A stretch of 64,000 bases of DNA, from the NCBI RefSeq assembly GCF_009914755.1, contig NC_060931.1; one strand, written 5' to 3'. The notes beneath the pieces were generated by a model. That model saw only the letters and a list, made by a program, of their open reading frames with translations, did no database searches and was not told the DNA's origin. Both the position numbers and the translations under genes were made by a program. This document shows positions 53,250-64,000 of this stretch, piece by piece (position 1 is the first letter of the stretch; each line of letters opens with the position of its first letter). This stretch comes from the human T2T-CHM13v2.0 reference genome, Homo sapiens.

Positions 53250-54148
53250 GATGAGGACATTAAATATGCATGTGGTACTGTGAGTTCTGGATTGTAATGG
53301 TCGGGGTAGGAGTACAAGGGAGAAAGGCTCTTTGAAAAAGCGAGGAGCTGGCCTTAGCGAGAGCATATTGGCAGGTAGAGGAGCAGAAATATCAGCAGGA
53401 AGGTGGGAACAATTTGGGAGGTGCTGGAGTCTGAAGGCAGTTTGCTGTTGCTGGACTGAAAAGGGCAAGGCACAAAATAGTGAGGAATGAGTATTTAACA
53501 ACAGACCATGTCCTAAAGGACTTGATGACCTAGTAAATGGGCTTGAGCTTCGTCTTCTGGGTAGGCAATGAGCATCCATCAGCTATTTAGGGAGGAGAGT
53601 AACAAGATGTTTTGGATAGTTTACTCTGGCGTCACTCCCTGGTTAAAACCCTTAGATGATTCCCTAATGCTCTTCGAATAAAACACACACCTCCTGCGAT
53701 GGCCTACCAGTTTTCCCTCCTGCCTACCTTTTTCTCTCATATCCACACCAAATTCAGCCACTATTCCCTGTCCTAGGTCTCTTTACTGGTCTTCAGAAGC
53801 GCCAAGGCCTTTGCATTTTACATTTGTTCCCCCTCTGCCCAGATTCCCTTTCCTCAGCTCTTCTTGCGGTGGGTTCTTTCTCATTCTGTAGATCTTACCT
53901 CTTCAAAGGGATCTTTCACAGAAACATTATTAATGGGACCTTCCTCCATTATTCTATGTGTTTTGAATTTGCTAATTTACTCTATAGCACTTATCATACT
54001 GTCTATCTTGATAGTTACACTTTTGTTATACTTGGTATATTATCACTTCCCTCCCAGAATGTCATAGGAGCCCTTGAATTCTTGAATTTGATTTATCACA
54101 GGCACGTTAGCACAGTGGTACCTGGTACATGGACACCACTTAAATAAA

Positions 54149-54150
<2 letters not shown>
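53250..54150. mobile_element. L2 fragments, probably in both orientations
   Basis: 'ctggagtctgaaggcagtttg', 'gtcactccctggttaaaaccctt', 'tagcacttatca' and 'agcacagtggtacctggtacat'. Confidence 0.65.

Positions 54151-54153
<3 letters not shown>

Positions 54154-54186
<33 letters not shown>
54154..54186. repeat. (TG)n microsatellite, ~16 units
   Basis: Pure TG run. Confidence 0.97.
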
Positions 54187-54189
<3 letters not shown>

Positions 54190-55464
54190 ATATGAATATA
54201 ATGAATATACTTAGAAGGTGAGTTAGAGGAAGACGCCCAGTGGTAGGGTCAGAATTTGCATCTAAGGCTTATCTGACTCTAAATTTCACCTTTATCCACT
54301 ATCCAAAATATTCCTCTTTGTTTTAGAGTAAATATATATTCCATTCATTCATATTGTGAAGCAAATGCTATAGATGATGACTCAGCCTACAGACACTGTT
54401 CTCAAGACAAAACCAAATATAAAATAAGTAAAAATGCATTTAACTTGCCTAAGAGATACTTTTGTGCTATGAAAGCATATATCTATCTATAGAACTATTA
54501 TAACACAAAGAATGTTTTAATTCTTACATGGTTAATTAGCAAATCTGGGGAAAGATACGGTGTTTCCCCATTTATTTCTCAGAAAAGCCTTAAGAAAGAC
54601 AATAGAGAAATAACCTCCGTGCAAAAAAGCTATTTTTATAATATGTCAAAGCACATTAATATCCTCTACAGCATTTTAGCACCAAAATTAACAAGTGGAA
54701 TTTCTTAAATAAAATTAAAGTCTGTCTTATACAAACTTAGGCTGGTTTTCTTTTGCTTCCTTTTTATATTGCTTCATATAGTATTTGTACCCTACCTTGG
54801 GAAATATATGCAAATTCTCTAAAATAAATTTGATATACTAAAATGATCTTAATTTACTACATACGTCTAGATCCTTTTATTCTATTTTTTTAAGTCAGGT
54901 AATACTCTATACCATAAGCTAAATAATATACAGCAATTAAAATATTATGTATTTCCCTTAAGACAAAGAAATATATCCAGTCAGAAATAACTTCCTATCA
55001 GGAATAATGGGTGAGGATAATATTAAAGGTGTAACTTCCATTTTGAATTCAATTCAATTTCAACCCCTTTTTAATGATATAAGTTCTCAAATATTATAAT
55101 AGCATGCTTCAGGATCATCTGAGATTCTTAATAAACATGAACACTGGCAGGCCCCAACCTATGTGATGTGGCGCTCAGATATATACATTTTAAAAGTACT
55201 TCAGGAAATTATGGGGGGAAATGGGGGTGATGTTTTACATTTTCTAAATTTCTGGAGCTCTACCAAAAGAAAAAAAAAGATTCTTGGGAAAATACCTAAA
55301 TTTTATAGTACCTATAGTTTATAGCACTTTTCCATCCATTATTTCACGTAATTTTCAGTACAACAGTAATATAGGAAGAAGAGGTATAGGTGTGCCCATT
55401 TTAAAAATACAAACCAAAATTCAACTGACTATCTTTCCACATTTGTTCTACTTACTAGCAAAGT

Positions 55465-55620
55465 ACAGTTATATTTATTCAGTCAAATAACAAATATTTG
55501 AAGACCTGCTTTTGTGCCAGGCATTGTTCTAAATACTTGGAATAAATCAGTGAACAAAATAGATAAAAATCTTTCCCTCATGGTGATTATGTTCTGGCAG
55601 TTGGAGACAGATATGAGCAG
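55465..55620 (-). mobile_element. L2 3' end
   Basis: 'aacaaatatttgaagacctgcttttgtgccaggcattgttcta'. Confidence 0.75.
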
Positions 55621-56941
55621 TAGAGATAATAAATACATAAATAATGAAACTAATATTCATTCCAATACGATCTATTCAAGGTAACCAGAAAGTCATCTTA
55701 CACAGATTATCAAACAAATTTTTGAAACAAATGGGCTATCCAGTTCATCAATTTAATAGGAAACACAACACTCCTTTGCCTTAGGAGTCTAGGTAATAGA
55801 GCCTTAAGTACAGCAACAGCATTTTGCAAATATGCAACCATTTTTCTATGTAGCAACAAAGCCTTACTGTATGTACACAGCTAATTCTAAACACATACAC
55901 ATCTTATTTCCCTTGTGGCTACATTATCTGAAGTGCAGAAGAGAAACAGAATCCACATTATCCAATCTATTCTGTAGATGGCACTGCAGGTCCAACAGTG
56001 GGCTTGGCTCATAAGTCTTGCTATCACTGTCGGGCTCAGATAAGTGTCACATTGAACTGCAGGAAAACCACATTCATTCTAAAAGCAGAAATCACTTTGC
56101 AATGGCAACCGTCTTATACAATTGCAGGACACAACTCCAATTTGTAATTTATTTGAAATTTTTCTTATAATGTATTAGGTCCCACAAAGGCTGAACTGGT
56201 GAAATCATTCTGTTTATCTTGTAGCATCTATTTTAGTTTATTGCCAGGAATAGAATAATGTCTGTTCCCTAAAGTGGAAAAATGTTTCATTGATAAACCT
56301 ATACATTATAAATCATTCCTGTGGGCTCTAGGTCTGACTAAACCAAAGGCATGCTTTTTATGGCATTTGAGTTTCACTTCCTACCCCAGGAAGTTAAGTA
56401 ATATTCTGCAGGGAGGCAGATTAATGTCCGCTGAAGGTAAAGGATGAAGGGATAAAGTCAGAGGTACTGCACCACAGTTGGACTCTAATGCCAAGGAGGG
56501 TGAGCCTCTCATCTTGAGCCAGAGCAAGAGCTGCTGGAAGTCAGCTGAAGTATCTAAGAAAGAGAAAAGTCAGGCTTTGGGTCCTGAAACCCAGACTTCT
56601 ATTTTATCTTGTATTGACTGATGGATTGATTAACCTTTCTGCAGGGGTCACTAATGGCGAACGTAATGCAACTATAGAAGAAGGAACAAAACAATTCAAA
56701 CTATGCCATAGGAATTGGACTAGTATCTTTTCCCATACACTTGAATTACACTTATTTTTTTTTTTTCTGGCAAAAAACAAGTTCTAGCCCAGAAAACAAG
56801 TCATGGTTGATCAGACATTCAATCGCATATTCATCAGACTGGCTTTTCTTTACAGGTACATCCTGAAACATATATAGTTGGGACGGCAATTCTAAGCAGT
56901 TTATTATCATGGCAAGTCGAGTGTCAAGTTGAAGTTTCTCA

Positions 56942-57520
<579 letters not shown>

Positions 57521-58290
57521 TCACTCATATTTCCCACTCATATGGCCAACTGAACCTTAGTGACTTTTACCAAGAGTGTGGAATAATACAGAGACAGATG
57601 CTTCAGATCCAGACGCAGTCTGAGGGTGCTAGAATGATGAGAAAGCCAGGTGGCAATCTGGGCACACAGAGAAAGAAAGGATGTAATACATCAGTCCTGA
57701 CCCACAGTTCCTCAGCTCACCACAATTATTTTATTTTTCAATTATCGAGGAATTGAGGTACTGAAAGGAATCTGACAAAGACCCAGGGCTCTTAGAGTCC
57801 TGGGGGGCAACAGCATGGATCAGAAAACCAACAGACTGTCAATGCAATGCCATTACTCTTCTTTTTCTATAGCTCAGGTTTCAGTGCACGGCTGAGTGGT
57901 TTGCCTTAAAGAAGTCACAAAATTTACTACAAGGTCAATGCATCATTTGGCATAATAATTTCAGTAACTCTAATATCACACATGATGTATTTTAATTGAG
58001 AAAAAATCAAAATGACAACTTTTTAGTGAGGCCCTGATTCAGCACTCATTGTTCTGTGCATTCACAGTTGGCGGTTACCAAGGGGGGGAGCTGTCCAAGA
58101 GGATTCTGCTCTCTGCCCTCCAGCTAAAAACAATCCTATAGGCTACTGGTACAAATTAACTTAGACCTCAAGCATATCAATTATTATTTGTCTCAATTCG
58201 TGTCTTTTGTAGGCAATTATTTGTCTTCATGCTTCCAAGGATTCTGTTAATCCATGTTGTAACACAATTCTCAGAAAAAAGAAAACTTAC

Positions 58291-58335
58291 CTACAGGACA
58301 TAGGAAGTTATGCAGAAAATAATTACAAATGTAAT
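58291..58335 (-). other. Candidate 45-nt exon, or AG|GTAAGT recursive-splice-like site
   Basis: Acceptor ttttttctttctacatccag| and donor TAG|GTAAGT. Confidence 0.3.
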
Positions 58336-59307
58336 CTGGATGTAGAAAGAAAAAAAAGGAAGCAGGAAGCCAAAACATAAATTCTAATTTGTAATTTAAA
58401 AAAGGAATACCCTTAATATGACAGCATAGTGAACTTAGAACTAAATAATCATGATTTTTAAAAGTCACGAGACACCAAAATTAGATTGGGGGAGGAGGAA
58501 CTTACGGATTTTTTGAGGGTGGGGTGGGGAATGTTGTACCACTAAACAGCTATTTGTTTTCTGCAGTGAAAATCATGTGATGGTATATAATCTATTTTGT
58601 TTCCAAGAAAACAAGTGAATAGTTAATTACTCTAGACAGAAACATAATTGCATGCACATGCAATCACAGAAAACAGCTCATCTACTTGCCACTCCTTGGC
58701 TAATAATAATTTAGTGATGGGCATGTAAGTTATTATGGTCTTTATTTATTTATATTTTGCTAGGGCTGTGGCTCCCTTCCTGGACACTAGCCATTTTGCT
58801 CTGTCACAGTCATAAGGAAGGGGTTACATATGACATGTCCTCCGGCTAAAAGCTGTAGTGTGGGTTACTAAAGAAATATTAAGAGCTCCATGTAAAGAAT
58901 AGGTTTCTTTTACCACTGCAGTTAATTGACATAAACAAATGTTTCCTTTCAACAGAACTTGTCCATTTTCAGTCCCATGTTCTATGCTCCAGTGCTTTTC
59001 CAGACTTTGAGACGGTATTGCCTCTCAAATCACAAACATGTTATAAGGCCAGGGGTCATAAAACATATATACGATGAACGGGACCACCTAGACTGTTGTT
59101 CAAGAATCCATTTGTGAATTCTTAGGGAATTACTGGGTTCTGTGGAGTGATATGAAGATATTAAACGCTCAGGATTACTAAGAGATCCTGTTACACGAAA
59201 ACAGAATGATTTCATTTTTGTGGCCCACCTTACTCTGCCAGTTGCACCTATGTAGCTGCACACCTTATGTAGGCCAATGCATGAGCACAGCAGCTCAGCT
59301 TTCAGAG

Positions 59308-59496
59308 CAGCCCTCTCAACCTTGGCTGCACAGGAAACACCTAGGGAGCTTTTCAACAAACAAAACAAAACAAAAACCCAGCATCTAGGCTACACCTGAG
59401 ACCAATTACCTTGACCCTCAACATGTGGCACCAAGGCAGCAGTACTTTCTATAGACTCCCAGGTGATCCCGGTGCACAGCCAGGGTTGAGAATCCA
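59308..59496. mobile_element. MER5A
   Basis: Termini 'ctctcaaccttggctgcac' and 'gtgcacagccagggttgagaa' form imperfect inverted repeats. Confidence 0.8.
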
Positions 59497-61470
59497 GCTC
59501 TAACTGCATTTGCTTCAGCAATTCGTGAGGAGGTATCAAAGAAGGTAATAAGAAAAAACAAACAAACAAACAAAAAAAACCCCTGGCCCTTGGGCTTATT
59601 AGAAAGTCATCAGGCAACTAATGCTCTGCAAAATTCTCTTCAAGCATGTCTGAAAAGAAGAATCTCTCCATAGCAGACTTGTGAATTCTGAGATGCTGGT
59701 CAAAGATCCTAACTCTACAGTAAGTAGGAGTGTATGAGTGGTAAGCACATGGGCTTTGGCAGCAGATGGCCAGAGGAAAAAATAAATCCCAACTCCATTG
59801 CTTATAGGCTTTGTGATCCTGGGCAACAAAGCTAATATTTCTAAGCTTCTGTTTCCCCACCTGTAAAATAGTACTTGACACTATTAGATTACAGGAGACA
59901 AATTCACAGAAAGCAGTTGGAAGAGTTGCTGACACAAAAGGAAGCACTCAGTATTCACTTCATTTTTATGAGCTATTATTTTTTGCAGGAAAAAATAGTC
60001 CATAAATAAAGTGTGAAATTCATGTACAATGTTATGAACTTATTTCAGTGATTTTAAAAATCTTACGTGATAAAACACCCTATGTGATAGCATTTGTATT
60101 ATACTTCAGACGGAACAGTTGCTTATCTATCTTTATGCTTTAAGATTCTAAGTAAAGTTTGGTAAGCAAAGCCTTCTGCAGTTTAAGAAGGAGTTTAAAA
60201 TCCTTTGGCTTAACATCATTAATTTACTCTTATTGCATAGATTTAAAACACATCATTAGAAATATTTTGGGGCAACGGAATTTTCTACATGAGGCCTCTC
60301 TGACAATGTGAATTAGATGGATGCCTGCTATAAATGCAGGTAAAGCTACATGGCCAAGTTTTTGGCTTTCATGTGGTTTATGAGGCAGTTTTGTTTGGCA
60401 CTGCACTGAGGAAACTCTGCTGACAGTGATAGTGATGCTGATAAGACTAAGGCACAGATTTTAACTGAATTAAAACCACTGGGAACATGATAAGCCTTGA
60501 CTAGCACAGCGCTAAACGTGGCCTTGAATGTTCAGAAACTTTACAAGGCTTTAATATTTAGGGGAAAAGTTTGATATTCAGTTCCAGTGGAAATATCCTA
60601 ATTCAGCTGTCCATCACACTCTCAATGAAGATAGAAGTATAATTTATTATTGTTATTACATTAGCTGGTGACTGGAAACACATTACCAATGTACAAATTA
60701 GAGTCTCTAATCCTAAGGTAATTATCAGCCAATTTCAGAGTTGTTAACAGGATTAAAATTATGAATACATTAGCTGATTCACCCTTGCAAATCAAATTTT
60801 GATTAGATAATACTACATGCTAATATGTATAACATTCAAATGTCATAAAAGGCTTTTTAGTATAAAAACTTTGATAAAATTTTTCAATAATGTATGCAAA
60901 GCCAGGGAGAGGGAATGAATGATTGATGGTTTTTCCTTATAAGCCTTATTAAAGGTCCTGATTTGGTTGGTCTCCAACTGTTTTGGCTCAGAATTAGGAA
61001 TTCTAGTTTTGATGACAGCTCGTGTGCACTGATTAGAAAAACATCTCACAGAGCTATTAATAAGGCAAGTTAATCACTAGAAGCATAACAGTGGATGGAA
61101 AATATTTCATACTGAAAGTTCTTGAAGATCCTGCTTTTCAGTTTATTACAGGATATATCTTCTTAAAGAAGCATCATTGAACAGTTAGTACCTACATAAG
61201 TACATACTAACTCATTTCACGTAGGTGCTCTGTGAATTCTACCTGTAAGCATAATCCTTCTAGCAACAGTAACAGGCAGTGTAAAATGCAGTCAGGTGGG
61301 TGAGTAGTTGGTGAGTATGTAATTGTGACATTTTTCTAATGTCTAAAGAACTTCATTTGTGGTACATCTGGACTTTAAAATACATCACTTCACCTTAAAC
61401 AAAAGATCGTTGGGTCATCAGGTTTGGTCAGAACAACAGCACAGAATATATTACAGAAATGAAGTCTTAC

Positions 61471-61545
61471 CACATCCCACAAGGAGAAGAGACGTTTGCA
61501 ATTTTGTTTGTTGGGAACAACCAAGTAATTCCACAAATCATAACC
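61471..61545 (-). other. Candidate 75-nt exon
   Basis: Acceptor tgttctgtcttcag| and donor GTG|GTAAGA; two frames are open. Confidence 0.3.
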
Positions 61546-63829
61546 CTGAAGACAGAACATCCTTATACTCCCTTCCATGTAAGCAGACACAGAAGGTGAA
61601 TTTGGAATTTCAAAGGTAAATGATACATATTGAAAAAGATGATAATACATTTAATGTAGCCAAAAGTTTTAAAAATTGTGCTCAATAGATTTTTCTTCTT
61701 AGAATGAGTAAGAAATGCTTTTTTTGAGTGTTTATTCAGGTAACTGAGATAAGGTTCTAGTTTACTATATGGTCTGATTTTAAAAAGGAACAAAAAATCT
61801 ATTTACTGTATCTTTCTGTAATACAACTTGTACCTGATTCCAGAGGCATCTTTGTTAAACGCAAAGGTGAGCATTTCCCCACACCCCGGCTTAAAATCTT
61901 TCCCCATTACCTAAAGAGTAAATCCAAACATCGTGTTACGGTATGCAGGGTCCTACATGAGCTGATCCCGCCAATACTTCTAGCATGCCTCTCACCTTTC
62001 CACCACCTCTACTTGCTATGCCAGTGATGTACATATCCCTTACCCATCAGGACATACTCTGCAAATGCTGCACCACGTTCCCAGAACGTGCTCCTGTTTC
62101 TTTCTACAGTGCTCCAAAAGATTTCTAAGATTATTTAATTGTGACATATCACTGCATCCCAAAAGAAAAAAATAATGAACTTTTGGCATCAATGGAAATA
62201 TTCAACTATGGGGATATATGCATTTATACATAAGTTACACATATTTAAATCCTGTGTGAGCAAGCATGTGTTTTTCCAGACTTAACAAACAACAACAAAA
62301 CTTATCTGTCTTGATCCTATTCATAGACCTAAGGCAAAATAGAAATTACTGTAATAACAAACTCATAGAAATACATGAGCATAATAACAGACTGCGAATA
62401 GATTTAGTATTTTTCCATGTTCAGAAAACCAAGTCAGTGTAGCTCATATCCCTACCCTTTTTGTTTTATGGTTCTTGGCAATTCTTTTGATTATTTCTGT
62501 TCTCAGGCAGGGCTGCCAAATCCTTTTCTCAGCTCCATCTACTCCACAGTTGAGGTCTCTTCGGTTCCAGCTCTTGCTCTGCTGCCAAGCTCCCCTTCAC
62601 TGCCTTGGCATCAAAGACGAAATGTGGCCAAGGAAGGAAGCTCCCTAGCCATCAGCATGTGCAGGGCAAATCGGAATTTCCTTAAATCCTTCTCCTTAAA
62701 AAGATCAAAGAGAGCATAGCTTTGCATCTTATAGTCCTTTTATTGAGAGTTTGTTTCTGCTTCTATTATGTCTGCCTCCTCCCCTGGTCCTTTTTCTTTA
62801 TTTCTTCAATTATGTAAGCATAAAGTTGGTTTTTAAGTATGCAAGGACATAAAATACCAAGATTTTTAGTGTCTGTGCTGGCCAGAATGAAAATTAAGAG
62901 ATCTGATGAGAGCTGAAATAACTGAGTTAGTAATTCTGATAAATATCCTGAACATACACTATGGTCTACAATTGAGTATATTGATTCTTAGAACTTACAT
63001 TGCTGTGCCACACAGTATCCGAGAGGTTGGTTAAATGTTAGCATGTATTTTAGGCAAAAGGTCAGCAAGTTTCTAACTTTTAAGAAGTTTCTGCAAAATT
63101 ATATCAGCCTCCCCAAAGGCCACCCCCACTTTTTTTTTTTAAATGATGTAATCAGAACTACTTTTCATTCTCTCAGGGATCCATCTATCTTCTGATAAAC
63201 TTCCTATCTACTTTTCCAAATCAATGTGACCAGTGTATACTTTGATTAGAATTTCCTGTTTTAGAATCCATTACTTTAAAAACAATTTATAAAGGCAAAA
63301 GATTGTGGGATTTGTTCTCCTCAAAGGTATAAAGCACAAAGTGAGGCATTATTAATACTTCTGAACACACGTAACAAAAGAAATCATTCAGCACCATTTC
63401 AGCATATTCCCCACTCAGGAGATTCATGCATATTTAAATGAATTAATTTATTTTCTGCAATTTGCTCTTTAAGTGCTTAAGTGCTCATTTGCTGTTGCTT
63501 ATTTCAAGATTCTGTGCCCTTGTTTTCTGAGTCACCAACTTATAGCTTGAGTGCTCCAGGTGTATTTATGCTCCCAAAGTATTTTAAATTACCCATTAGG
63601 AAATCCAATTTCCTATTTATAAGACTCAGAAGTGATTTTCCACTGTTACCTTTTTCTTAATTAAGAATATAGGCCTAAATTCACAGCTAAGTTTTTGGTA
63701 CAATATTTATTTATTGGCTCTATGACAGTCAATATTATAGAATGTCACCAATATTAGACTCTCAGTCACTTAAGATGGGCTACTCTTGGATTCTATTGGG
63801 ATTGACATTTTGGGTATCCATAAAAATCA

Positions 63830-64000
63830 TCACCGTAACAACATCCACTACTTACACTGTGTGCCAAGCACTGGACATGCTCTATCTCATTTAGTCCTTT
63901 CAACATTCCTATGAAGAGTTATTATTTTCTCTATCATTATTTGTTTTACAGATGAGAAAATATAACTTAGAGAGGTGAAACACAAGGTCACATACCTAGC
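63830..64000. mobile_element. MIR, running off the window end
   Basis: 'tgtgccaagcactg...ttttacagatgagaaaa...agaggtgaa...caaggtcaca'. Confidence 0.8.

Noticed and set aside
55965-55990. CTCF-like AGATGGCAC core (another near 59760)
   Set aside because: The 5' half of the motif matches poorly.

Overview
Primate (most likely human) nuclear DNA. It is AT-rich, CpG-poor and repeat-dense, consistent with intronic or intergenic sequence. I find no confidently supportable protein-coding exon, and I cannot name a host gene. Most ORF-track entries are Alu, L1, LTR or tandem-repeat artefacts. The window holds about 16 Alu/FLAM pieces, several L1/L2/L3/MIR fragments, hAT DNA transposons (MER33, MER5A, MER20), MaLR LTRs, a MER50-like solo LTR and a ~2 kb MER57-type ERV fragment with a perfect tRNA-Leu primer-binding site. 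Main observations: (1) a 14-copy 48-bp minisatellite built from two perfect palindromes and packed with CACGTG E-boxes and TGCRCNC (MRE-type) cores; (2) a ~1.1 kb repeat-free, coding-like segment on the minus strand, a possible fossil large exon, plus scattered minus-strand exon candidates; (3) a decayed tRNA-Glu-like cassette and a triplicated splice-donor-like unit inside the ERV leader; (4) several local template-switch scars. Repeat subfamily names come from recalled consensus sequences and need RepeatMasker/Dfam confirmation.
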